The position numbers and the translations under genes were made by a program. The notes under the pieces were generated by a model. It saw only the letters and a list, made by a program, of their open reading frames with translations, was not told the origin of the DNA and did not search any database. 15,333 bases of DNA from Candidatus Methylomirabilales bacterium (GTDB lineage: Bacteria; Methylomirabilota; Methylomirabilia; Methylomirabilales; CSP1-5): positions 1 through 15,333 of the forward strand of contig JBHIAH010000061.1 in assembly GCA_046758505.1 (NCBI GenBank). Direction: 5' to 3'. Numbering within the stretch: position 1 is the stretch's first letter; each line of letters starts with the position of its first letter. Of the stretch, positions 1 to 7,782 are shown piece by piece.

Positions 1-15
1 GACCGCTGATAGCTG
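1..15 (-). repeat. End of a short heptamer tandem repeat (CAGCTAT CAGCGGT on the - strand), probably truncated by the window edge
   Basis: GACCGCTGATAGCTG at 1-15; its reverse complement fits the CAGCNNT unit also seen at 9695-9719. Confidence 0.35.
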
Positions 16-58
16 GCATGGTCGTCGGAGGGGCGGGCACGGGCACGTATTTTTCTCC

Positions 59-87
59 TTGACTTTCCTGGATGGTGCCGTTAATGT
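59..87 (+). promoter_or_regulatory. Candidate sigma70 promoter (upstream)
   Basis: TTGACT (59-64), 17 nt, TAATGT (82-87) in an AT-rich patch upstream of the 259 ORF. Confidence 0.4.
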
Positions 88-101
88 ATTAATTTAGCTA
101 G

Positions 102-129
102 TAGACACAAACGCCTTAGGGGATATGAT
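102..129 (+). promoter_or_regulatory. Candidate sigma70 promoter (downstream)
   Basis: TAGACA (102-107), 16 nt, TATGAT (124-129). Confidence 0.45.
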
Positions 130-258
130 TCAGTTCCGATTGGTCATCCCACCGACGTGTGTTTCGCCTCCCTATTCGCTTTCCGCGCCCCTATATCTTG
201 ATCGTGAGCATTCGTCCGCACCGATGGAGCATCTCTGCTTGGAGAAAGGAGGGTACAG

Positions 259-552
259 ATGAATGAAACCGAGGCGCAGCTCTTTGCGCGGCTGAAGGAG
301 GAAGATGCCGAATTCCGCCGCCTGGCCGAAAAACACCGGGAGTTTGATCGCAAGGTCATGGAGTTCGATCGAATTTATTACCTGACCAGCGACCAGGAAC
401 GCAAGCGCAAAGAGCTGCAAAAGACGAAACTCAAGCTCAAGGATGAGATGTACGCCATCATGCGACGGCATATACAGGCCCAAAATGCAACGATTATCCC
501 ATCTGGATCCGCTGGGCCGAGCCAGGATGGTGGATATCAGCGAAAAAGCTGA
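259..552 (+). CDS. DUF465/YdcH-family small coiled-coil protein
   Basis: Strong SD AAAGGAGG before the ATG; family-like pattern [19 protein letters not shown]...[19 protein letters not shown]. This family often lies upstream of moaC. The 3' end overlaps moaC by 68 nt. Confidence 0.8.
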   Translation: MNETEAQLFARLKEEDAEFRRLAEKHREFDRKVMEFDRIYYLTSDQERKRKELQKTKLKLKDEMYAIMRRHIQAQNATIIPSGSAGPSQDGGYQRKS

Positions 553-973
553 TACCGACCGTAAGGCGACGGCCCGAGGCACCGTCCATCTGCAACCCGA
601 AACCCTCCGGATGATCCTCGAGAAATCGATCCCCAAGGGGGATGTGCTGGCCGTGGCCCGCGTCGCCGGGATCATGGCTGCCAAGGGAGTGGATCGCTTC
701 ATCCCGCTCTGTCATCCCCTTCTCCTCACCTCGGCAGAGGTCACCTTTAGCCCCCATGCAGAGCAGGGGACTCTCGATATCGAGTCCCGGGTCAGCGTGC
801 ACGGGAAGACGGGGGCCGAAATGGAGGCGCTCGCGGCCGTCTCGGTGGCCGCCCTGACTATTTATGATATGTGCAAGGCGGTGGACAAAGGGATGACCAT
901 CGAGAACATCCGACTTGTCTCCAAACGCGGGGGCAAGAGTGGCGAATATCGGCGCCCCGGCGAAAAGGAGTGA
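485..973 (+). CDS. moaC: Cyclic pyranopterin monophosphate synthase MoaC
   Basis: [68 protein letters not shown]. Start moved to ATG 485 (MQRLSHLD) to match the usual MoaC N-terminus. Confidence 0.97.
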   Translation: MQRLSHLDPLGRARMVDISEKADTDRKATARGTVHLQPETLRMILEKSIPKGDVLAVARVAGIMAAKGVDRFIPLCHPLLLTSAEVTFSPHAEQGTLDIESRVSVHGKTGAEMEALAAVSVAALTIYDMCKAVDKGMTIENIRLVSKRGGKSGEYRRPGEKE

Positions 974-1015
974 GCTCTTTCTCGCCGAGGATCCTCACGC
1001 CAAGGGCACGGAGTG

Positions 1016-2161
1016 ATGACCAGCCCGACCCAGGCCGTCTTCTTCTACACCCCGAAGTACGAAGCGTTTGACTACGGCCCCAGCCACCCCATGAAGATCC
1101 GCCGCCTGAAGCTCACCCATGACCTCGTCCACGCCTATGGCCTCTTTCATCCATCCCACGTCCGACTGGCAGACGTCCCGGCAGCCGCCGACGAAGACCT
1201 CCTGCGGGCCCATACGAAGGAGTATCTGGACGTGCTGCGGGCGGCGGGCAACGGGCGCCCCGTCCCCCATGCGTGGCGCTTCGGCCTCGGCACGGCCGAT
1301 AACCCCATCTTCGCAGGTCTTTACGATTGGTTAACGCTGTTGACCGGGGCTTCCGTGCAGGCGGCCCGCCTCTTGGCGTCCGGGGAGACCTCCCGCGCCT
1401 TCAATATCGCCGGAGGTCTGCATCACGCTGCGTCCAATCGTGCCTCGGGCTTCTGTTACATCAACGACGCTACCGTGGCCATCAGCTTTTTGATCAATCG
1501 TGGAGTTCGGGTGGCTTACGTAGACATCGATGCCCATCATGGGGACGGGGTCCAAAATGCCTTCTACGATACAGACCAGGTGCTTACCATCTCCCTCCAC
1601 GAGACCGGGCTCACGCTCTTCCCCGGCACCGGCTTTCCGGAGGAGATTGGCACTGGGAAAGGGGAAGGATATTCGGTCAACATTCCCCTTGCCCCGGAGA
1701 CCGATGATGAGATCTTTGTCTGGGCCTTTGAGGAAACCGTCCCTGCGCTCCTTGAGACCTTTCGCCCAGACGTGCTCGTCACTCAGCTGGGCATCGACGC
1801 CCATCGGAGCGACCCACTGTCCAACCTGCGATTAACCATGGGGGGGTTCCTCCGGGCCGTCGCGCTTTTCGCCCAGGGCGCCCCGCGTTGGCTTGCCTTG
1901 GGGGGTGGGGGGTACCATTTGGGGAACGTCCCCCGGGCCTGGACCGCGGTCTGGGCCCTCATGACGGGCACCGAGGTCCCCCCGGAACTCCCGCCCGCAT
2001 TCCTCTCGCAGTTTCGGGCTCAGGGTTGCACAGAGACGTCCCTCGCCGATCCGCCGTACCGGACCGAAGGGACTCGGAAGGAGGAAGCATGGCGCTACGC
2101 GCGGACACAGGTGAACCGTGTTCACGAGCTGATCTTTCCCCGCCTAGGGGTTCGAACCTGA
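1016..2161 (+). CDS. acuC: AcuC-like Zn-dependent deacetylase (histone deacetylase family, class I-like)
   Basis: Y-x-YGPSHPMKIRR, GGLHHA, SGFCYIND, DIDAHHGDG, SLHE..FPGTG, QLGIDAH..DPL, GGGGY. Start is ATG 1016 or GTG 1013. Confidence 0.92.
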   Translation: MTSPTQAVFFYTPKYEAFDYGPSHPMKIRRLKLTHDLVHAYGLFHPSHVRLADVPAAADEDLLRAHTKEYLDVLRAAGNGRPVPHAWRFGLGTADNPIFAGLYDWLTLLTGASVQAARLLASGETSRAFNIAGGLHHAASNRASGFCYINDATVAISFLINRGVRVAYVDIDAHHGDGVQNAFYDTDQVLTISLHETGLTLFPGTGFPEEIGTGKGEGYSVNIPLAPETDDEIFVWAFEETVPALLETFRPDVLVTQLGIDAHRSDPLSNLRLTMGGFLRAVALFAQGAPRWLALGGGGYHLGNVPRAWTAVWALMTGTEVPPELPPAFLSQFRAQGCTETSLADPPYRTEGTRKEEAWRYARTQVNRVHELIFPRLGVRT

Positions 2162-2248
2162 CCAGACAAAGGAGGACGGGATGGGACCGTAACGGTGTAC
2201 CGAGGCTTGCGGGACCGAGATGTACGGATGATTATCGAGGAGGAGATC

Positions 2249-2551
2249 ATGGCCTTGCAAGATAGGATCCTGACGTGTGTAGAGTGCGGGAAGGAATTTG
2301 CCTTTACGGCTGGGGAACAGGAGTTCTTCGCCCAGAAGGGGTTCACCAACGAACCCAAGCGGTGCAAGAGCTGTAAGGCGATGAGGAGAGGGGGCGGGTT
2401 CAGTCCCGGACCGAGAGAGATCTTCGAGGCGGTCTGCTCTCAGTGCGGCCAACGAACGACCGTTCCTTTCCGGCCCATGCCGGACCGCCCGGTCTACTGC
2501 AAGCCATGCTACCAGGCCCGGCGCACAGGGGCGCCACAAGAACTCTCCTAG
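2249..2551 (+). CDS. Zinc-ribbon protein: N-terminal zf-trcl-like domain plus C-terminal CxxC-x17-CxxC domain
   Basis: SD GAGGAGG then ATG 2249. DRILTCVECGKEFAFTAGEQEFFAQKGFTNEPKRCKSC, then CSQC-x17-CKPC containing VPFRP..DRPVYC. Confidence 0.9.
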   Translation: MALQDRILTCVECGKEFAFTAGEQEFFAQKGFTNEPKRCKSCKAMRRGGGFSPGPREIFEAVCSQCGQRTTVPFRPMPDRPVYCKPCYQARRTGAPQELS

Positions 2552-2794
2552 TGCCGTTCCAAGGGATTGCCCCGCCCGCGGGCACGGCCCGCTCCAAGCG
2601 AGGTGCGGGGCACGGAAGTCGGCAAGCCTGGGGCCGCTTCAACTATTTCCGTCACGGCGAGGCAGTCCCCTGTGCACGATGCCTCTGCGCGCAGGAGGAA
2701 CCACGACAAGGAGCAGGCGCAATCGGTTGGAACAGCACTGGTCGTGACAGAGCATACCCCTAGCACGGGTGAGAAAAATTGGAACGGCACTAGG
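2547..2794. mobile_element. Non-autonomous MITE-like element
   Basis: Perfect 16-bp inverted repeat CCTAGTGCCGTTCCAA (2547-2562) / TTGGAACGGCACTAGG (2779-2794). CTAG at both ends, a degenerate internal right end at 2727-2741, and no transposase ORF inside. Confidence 0.75.
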
Positions 2795-2814
2795 TGGGCC
2801 ATCGCACCCCCACG

Positions 2815-2840
2815 CAAAAGCCACCTCCGGGTGGCTTTTG
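2815..2840. terminator. Probable bidirectional intrinsic terminator
   Basis: CAAAAGCCACC-TCCG-GGTGGCTTTTG: perfect 11-bp stem with an A-tract on the 5' side and a T-tract on the 3' side. Confidence 0.75.
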
Positions 2841-2862
2841 TCTGTCCGGCGCTCGGGCCAAT

Positions 2863-2891
2863 TTGCGTTGCACGAGACCAAAAAGTATAAT
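2863..2891 (+). promoter_or_regulatory. sigma70 promoter for the selA...metG operon
   Basis: TTGCGT (2863-2868), 17 nt, TATAAT (2886-2891); just after the terminator and 43 nt before the selA ATG. Confidence 0.75.
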
Positions 2892-2934
2892 ATGTAACAG
2901 GGATCAATGACGTCCCCCCGGAGCGAGGTTCCGT

Positions 2935-4371
2935 ATGACGACTCCACATCAGCACGCAGCTCTCCTCCTCCGTCAGATCCCGTCGGTCGACGAAGTCCTC
3001 CAGGAGCCAGGCCTAAAGCGGCTCCTGGAGGCCTGTCCCCGGTGGGTCGTGGTCGAGGCGGTCCGAGAGACGCTCGAGATGCACCGACAACGGCTGCTCG
3101 CCCGCCTGCGCGAGGGGACCGAGGTCTCCGCTCCCGATCTCTCCGGGCTCCTCGGGCAGGTGAGCCTCATGGTCCTGCACCGGGCCCGGCCGAGCCTCCG
3201 CCGGGTGATCAATGCCACCGGGGTGATCCTCCACACCAACCTGGGCCGGGCCCCTCTCTCTACCGAGGCCCAGGCCCGCCTCCAGGAGGTGGCAGGGCAT
3301 TACTCCACCCTAGAATTCGACCTCCACCAAGGGACGCGAGGCTCCCGCCAGGTACACACGGAGGGATTGCTCACCCGCCTGACCGGGACTGAAGCGGCCC
3401 TGGTGGTGAATAACAACGCCGCCGCAGTCCTCCTGAGCATCAATGCGATGGCCGAAGGTCAGGAAGTTGTCGTCTCCCGGGGCGAGCTGATAGAAATCGG
3501 GGGATCCTTCCGCATCCCAGACGTGATGCGAAAGGCGGGTGCGGTTCTCAGGGAGGTGGGGACCACGAACCGGACACACCTCAACGACTATGAGGGGGCG
3601 ATCGGTGAACGGACGGCCCTTCTCCTGAAGGTCCACCCGAGCAACTTTCGCATCGTCGGCTTCACCACCGAGGTCTCCCTCGCAGACCTGGTCGCCGTGG
3701 GGCGGCGGCGAGGGATCCCGGTGATGATGGATATGGGGAGCGGCGCCCTCACCGATCTCACCCCATTTGGCCTCAAGGGGGAACCGACCGTTCAGGAGAC
3801 GCTGAAGAGCGGGGTGGACCTGATCACCTTCAGCGGGGACAAGCTCCTCGGCGGACCCCAGGCGGGGCTCATCGTGGGGAGAAAGGTCCTCATCGAACGC
3901 CTCAGAAAGAACCCCTTGGCTCGCGCGGTGCGCATTGACAAGCTCTCCCTTGCCGCCCTCGAGGCCACCCTCCGGGGCTACCTCGAAGGGGAGAGAGGCC
4001 TCCGCTCCCTCCCCACCCTGGCGATGATCGGCTCCCCTCTCCAGGAGATCCGGCAGCGGGCGGAGCGGGTGCGGGCGGGATTCCAGACGCAGGCGCACCC
4101 ATCGGTCCGGGTGAGCGTGGAGGAGCAACGGTCAGAGGTGGGGGGAGGGGCCCTTCCCGCCGAAAGCCTTCCGACCTATTGTGTTGTGCTGCAATCAGCA
4201 CAGGTCCCCCCCGATCGATTGGAGGCCGCCTTGCGGGATGCGGATCCGGCTGTGGTCGGACGGATCAGAGGGGAGAAGGTCCTTCTCGATCTCCGGACCG
4301 TCCGAGACGAGGAAGTGGGGCTCCTGATCGAAGCCGTCGGTCCAATCCTTGCATGCGAGATACGGCCATGA
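2935..4371 (+). CDS. selA: L-seryl-tRNA(Sec) selenium transferase (selenocysteine synthase)
   Basis: RQIPSVD, RRVINATGVILHTNLGRAPL, VVNNNAAAV, SRGELIEIGGSFRIPDVM, EVGTTNRTH, KVHPSNF, PLP-lysine motif FSGDKLLGGPQAG, VGGGALP, LDLRT. Confidence 0.97.
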   Translation: MTTPHQHAALLLRQIPSVDEVLQEPGLKRLLEACPRWVVVEAVRETLEMHRQRLLARLREGTEVSAPDLSGLLGQVSLMVLHRARPSLRRVINATGVILHTNLGRAPLSTEAQARLQEVAGHYSTLEFDLHQGTRGSRQVHTEGLLTRLTGTEAALVVNNNAAAVLLSINAMAEGQEVVVSRGELIEIGGSFRIPDVMRKAGAVLREVGTTNRTHLNDYEGAIGERTALLLKVHPSNFRIVGFTTEVSLADLVAVGRRRGIPVMMDMGSGALTDLTPFGLKGEPTVQETLKSGVDLITFSGDKLLGGPQAGLIVGRKVLIERLRKNPLARAVRIDKLSLAALEATLRGYLEGERGLRSLPTLAMIGSPLQEIRQRAERVRAGFQTQAHPSVRVSVEEQRSEVGGGALPAESLPTYCVVLQSAQVPPDRLEAALRDADPAVVGRIRGEKVLLDLRTVRDEEVGLLIEAVGPILACEIRP

Positions 4372-5162
4372 GCGCTTCGAGCTTCGAGCCCCCTGCCTCA
4401 ATTATCACCCGCGAGGAGGCCCTCAGCCTCGCCCAATCGGAAAAGACAGAGCCCAAAGCCCTCGAGGACTTGCCCGGTCGATTCCCTGAGGACGCGGAGC
4501 TTTGGCAACTGATCTTGACCAACCCTCAAACCCCCCTCAGCACCGTGATCTACATAGCGGAACGGGCACCCGCCTCGGTGGCAGCGCAACTCCTCGAAGA
4601 TCGAGTCTTCCTCTTTCACAATCCAGTCGTGGGCCATGCCCTGCTCAAGAACCCCACCCTGACCGACGGGGACCGGCGGAAGTTACACTGGATCCTGCAG
4701 GAGACGACCAAGGAAGAGCGAGAGCGAAAGAAAACTCTTCTTCAGTTGATCAGGGAGATGAGCGTCGGGCAGAGGCTGGCGCTCGCCAAGAAGGGAAACA
4801 GGGACGCCCGGATGATTCTGATCAAGGACCACAACGAGATGATTGCCCTGGAGGTGGTGAACAGCCCGCGGGTTACCGACGATGAGATCCTTGCGGTCGC
4901 GCAAATGCGGGATATCTCTGACAAGGTCCTCAGGGCGATTGCCAACATCAGGCGTTACCGGTCGATGAAGCACGTGGTCCTCAGCCTCCTCCACAACCCG
5001 AAAACCCCGGTCGGTGTGTCACTCGGGTTAGGCCTCCCCAATCTGACCGATAGGGACCTCGCGACGCTGGCCAGGGATCGCAACATCCCTGCCGCGGTTT
5101 CGCGAGCGGCCCGCCAGGTCCTGGAGCGGCGCTCGAAGGGGCCGGTGTCGAAAAAAGGATAG
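4368..5162 (+). CDS. Conserved hypothetical alpha-helical repeat protein (leucine-rich-variant/HEAT-like NP repeats)
   Basis: ATGA overlap with the selA stop; recurring L-x-NP motifs (LTNPQTP, FHNPVV, LKNPTL, VNSPRVT, LHNPKTP); block MSVGQRLALAKKGNRDARMILIKD. Confidence 0.8.
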   Translation: MSASSFEPPASIITREEALSLAQSEKTEPKALEDLPGRFPEDAELWQLILTNPQTPLSTVIYIAERAPASVAAQLLEDRVFLFHNPVVGHALLKNPTLTDGDRRKLHWILQETTKEERERKKTLLQLIREMSVGQRLALAKKGNRDARMILIKDHNEMIALEVVNSPRVTDDEILAVAQMRDISDKVLRAIANIRRYRSMKHVVLSLLHNPKTPVGVSLGLGLPNLTDRDLATLARDRNIPAAVSRAARQVLERRSKGPVSKKG

Positions 5163-5167
5163 CGCGG

Positions 5168-5836
5168 ATGCGCGGGCTGTTTTTCACCTTTGAAGGCGTG
5201 GAGGGTTCCGGCAAGACCACGCAGCTCCGGCGGCTGTCCGCCACGCTGCGGCAAGCGGGGCAGCAGGTGATGGAGACCCGGGAGCCCGGAGGAACACCGC
5301 TCGGCGAGGCGATGCGGTCCATGCTTCTCATGACCCGAAATCAGGAGATGGCGCCCGAGGCCGAACTCTTCCTCTACCTGGCGTCGCGGGCCCAGCTCAG
5401 CCGAGAGCGCATCATTCCGTCTCTCGGCGCGGGGACCATCGTCGTCTGTGATCGATTCGCCGATGCCACCGTCGCCTACCAGGGGTATGGGCGGGGACTG
5501 GATTTGACGCTCATCGCCATGATGAATCGGGCGGCCACGGGGGGGTTGACTCCGGACCTCACCATCCTCCTCGATCTGGATCCCCACGAGGGGCTTCGCC
5601 GCGTGAGAGAGCGTGGCCAGGTCCCACTCCCCGAGCTCTCCCTCGATCGTTTGGAATCGGAGGCCCTGGAGTTCCACGATCGCGTGCGGCGGGGATACCT
5701 CCACCTCGCCCACGCGGAACCCCATCGATTCCATGTGATCGATGCGACACGCCCGGAGACGGCGGTCGCCGCGCAGATCTGGCAGCGGGCCGAGCCGCTC
5801 ATCGGCAGCTGGGCAGTGGAGCGAGGAACCCGGTAG
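5168..5836 (+). CDS. tmk: Thymidylate (dTMP) kinase
   Basis: FTFEGVEGSGKTTQ P-loop, TREPGGT, ELFLYLASRAQ, CDRF, AYQGYGRG, PDLTILLD. Confidence 0.97.
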   Translation: MRGLFFTFEGVEGSGKTTQLRRLSATLRQAGQQVMETREPGGTPLGEAMRSMLLMTRNQEMAPEAELFLYLASRAQLSRERIIPSLGAGTIVVCDRFADATVAYQGYGRGLDLTLIAMMNRAATGGLTPDLTILLDLDPHEGLRRVRERGQVPLPELSLDRLESEALEFHDRVRRGYLHLAHAEPHRFHVIDATRPETAVAAQIWQRAEPLIGSWAVERGTR

Positions 5837-6819
5837 TGGGCTTTGGCGACATCCTCGGCCAGGGACAGGCGATTTTGCTTTTGCGGCAGGCGATCGGGGC
5901 CGACCGCCTCCCCCATGCGCTCCTCTTTACCGGACCGAGAGGGGTGGGGCGGTTCCTGACGGCCGTCACGGTCGCCAAGACACTAAACTGCCTGGGGGGG
6001 GTGAAGGGAGATTGTTGTGATCGGTGCCTCGCCTGCACGAAGATCGCCAAGGAGATTCACCCCGACGTGCACCTGGTGGCCCCGGAAGGGGCCAGCCTGA
6101 AGATCGACCAGATCCGACGCCTCGCCCAGGAGGCAGCCCTGAGGCCCTACGAGGGACACCGAAAAGTCTTCATTGTGGACCGGGCCGAAACGATGACCGA
6201 GCAGGCTCAAAACGCCCTCCTCAAGACCCTGGAAGAGCCACCGAGGGCCACGGTACTGGTCCTCATCGCCCCCGAGGCTTCGGCGCTCCTTCCCACCATC
6301 GCTTCCCGGTGCAGCCAGATCCGATTTGCCCCCCTGCCCGAAGGCGCCGTCGCCGCACGGCTCCAGGCGGAGGGGTGCGCGGAAGGGGAGGCCCACGTCC
6401 TGGCCAGCCTGGCCGGGGGGAGCCTCGGCCGGGCGCACGAGCTTCGCCAGAGCCCCCTCCAGGAAATCTGGGATCTGGTCGAGGCGGTCTTTACCATCCC
6501 GCCCGCACGAATCCTCCCCGTCCTCGACCTGACAGAGCGGGTCGTCGGCCAGAAGGAGACCCTTTCTTTCTTCCTCGAGGCGCTGCTCGCCCGGTGCCGC
6601 GACCTCATGGTCTCGAAGGTGACGCGCCGAGAGACGCTCTTGGTGTATCGAGACCGCGAAGCGGCCCTGCGCCGCCAGAGCGAACAGCTTGCGCCGGCCC
6701 AGCTCTTCGCCATGTACCAGACGGTGAAGCAGACCCTGGACGGACTCGGCCGATACGCGAACCCCCGGCTGAGCCTGGAGGCGATGTTCCTCGCGTTGCG
6801 GGACCTCCGGACAGCCTGA
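5836..6819 (+). CDS. holB: DNA polymerase III subunit delta'
   Basis: GTG start overlapping the tmk TAG; PHALLFTGPRGVG, Cys zinc module (C..CCDRCLAC), HPD, IDQIR, AQNALLKTLEEPP, LLPTIASRC; canonical tmk-holB order. Confidence 0.95.
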   Translation: MGFGDILGQGQAILLLRQAIGADRLPHALLFTGPRGVGRFLTAVTVAKTLNCLGGVKGDCCDRCLACTKIAKEIHPDVHLVAPEGASLKIDQIRRLAQEAALRPYEGHRKVFIVDRAETMTEQAQNALLKTLEEPPRATVLVLIAPEASALLPTIASRCSQIRFAPLPEGAVAARLQAEGCAEGEAHVLASLAGGSLGRAHELRQSPLQEIWDLVEAVFTIPPARILPVLDLTERVVGQKETLSFFLEALLARCRDLMVSKVTRRETLLVYRDREAALRRQSEQLAPAQLFAMYQTVKQTLDGLGRYANPRLSLEAMFLALRDLRTA

Positions 6820-6831
6820 GCGGATGCGCCC

Positions 6832-7746
6832 ATGGTGATCAAAGTCTACCTCGACGAGCGAGAGCGAGAGCAGTTTTACGAGGCCGGCGACCTGTCCGTC
6901 GACCTCGGGGTCCAGGTGGTGGTCGAGCACGCCGAGCGTCTCCGTGTGGGCAAGGTCGTGGGCAAGGCGCCTTACTTCCCCCGTCACAAGCTCACAGAAC
7001 CCCTGAAGGGGGTGCTCCGCCTGGCCACGCCAGAAGACCTGGATCGCCTCCACCGGGTGAGCGAGCGGGAGGCGGAGACTCGTCAGCTCGCCGCCCGGCT
7101 GGCCGAGCGGCGGCATCTCCCCATGAAGATCGTCGACGCCCGCTCGAGCACCGACGGACACCGGTGGACCGTCCTCTTCACCGCCGAGGGGCGGGTGGAC
7201 TTCCGGGAGCTGGTCCGGGACCTGTCCCATCAGCTCCGGACCAGGATCGAGATGAAGCAGATCGGGGTGCGGGATGAAGCGGCGATGATCGGGGCTGGCC
7301 TCGGATCATGCGGGCGGACGCTGTGCTGCAAGAGCTGGCTCCCGAGCTTTCATCCCGTGACCATGAAGATGGCCAAGGAACAGAAACTCTCCCTGAACTC
7401 CGCCAAGATCACCGGCGTCTGCGGCCGCCTGAAGTGCTGCCTAGCCTACGAGTATCCGATCTACAGCGAGCTGGCGCGTCAGTTGCCAAAGGTGGGCCAG
7501 CCGGTGGACACCCCCCAGGGTCCCGGGATGGTGCAGGCACAGGACATCCTGAGCGAAGCAGTCACGGTCCGGCTCGAGGCGGGAGGGCGGCTCCGGGTGA
7601 CTCTGGAAGAGATCATGCAGATTGCAACTGCCAGGTACGAGGAACGCGGCGGGGGCCACACCTGCAACAAATGTGACGGTGGCGGCGGTTGTGGCGAGGA
7701 AGGATGCGGCAACGGGAGTTGTCGAGCCCCCCTCGACACCCCATGA
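6832..7746 (+). CDS. ricT: PSP1-domain protein, RicT/YaaT family (Fe-S cluster binding)
   Basis: FTAEGRVDFRELVRDL..RTRIEMKQIGVRDEA, GSCGRTLCC, KMAKEQKLSLN..KITGVCGRLKCCLAYE; canonical holB-yaaT-metG order. Confidence 0.92.
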   Translation: MVIKVYLDEREREQFYEAGDLSVDLGVQVVVEHAERLRVGKVVGKAPYFPRHKLTEPLKGVLRLATPEDLDRLHRVSEREAETRQLAARLAERRHLPMKIVDARSSTDGHRWTVLFTAEGRVDFRELVRDLSHQLRTRIEMKQIGVRDEAAMIGAGLGSCGRTLCCKSWLPSFHPVTMKMAKEQKLSLNSAKITGVCGRLKCCLAYEYPIYSELARQLPKVGQPVDTPQGPGMVQAQDILSEAVTVRLEAGGRLRVTLEEIMQIATARYEERGGGHTCNKCDGGGGCGEEGCGNGSCRAPLDTP

Positions 7747-7782
7747 GGATAGGCAGGGAGAGGGGCCTGGGTTCGGGGAGCA

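Noticed and set aside
971..1016. moaC UGA is in frame with acuC with no intervening stop (possible Sec readthrough fusion)
   Set aside because: Both proteins are complete on their own, the UGA is not at a Cys-equivalent position, no convincing SECIS hairpin follows, and in-frame spacing occurs by chance one time in three.
2625..2665. CTTCAA near selA resembling the tRNA-Sec (selC) anticodon loop
   Set aside because: The flanks (GGCCG / TATTT) cannot form an anticodon stem, there is no T-arm or acceptor stem, and it lies inside the MITE-like element.
2548..2955. Several 80-135 aa ORFs between the zinc-ribbon gene and selA
   Set aside because: They run across the MITE, terminator and promoter and show no transposase or other motifs.
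6817..6834. holB UGA in frame with ricT
   Set aside because: Same reasoning: standard separate genes with no redox motif or SECIS.
5983..7277. Long alternative ORFs (5983-7230 -, 415 aa; 6024-7277 +, 417 aa)
   Set aside because: Shadow frames of holB/ricT in GC-rich DNA, with low-complexity Arg/Pro/Gly-rich or antisense-typical composition and no motifs.
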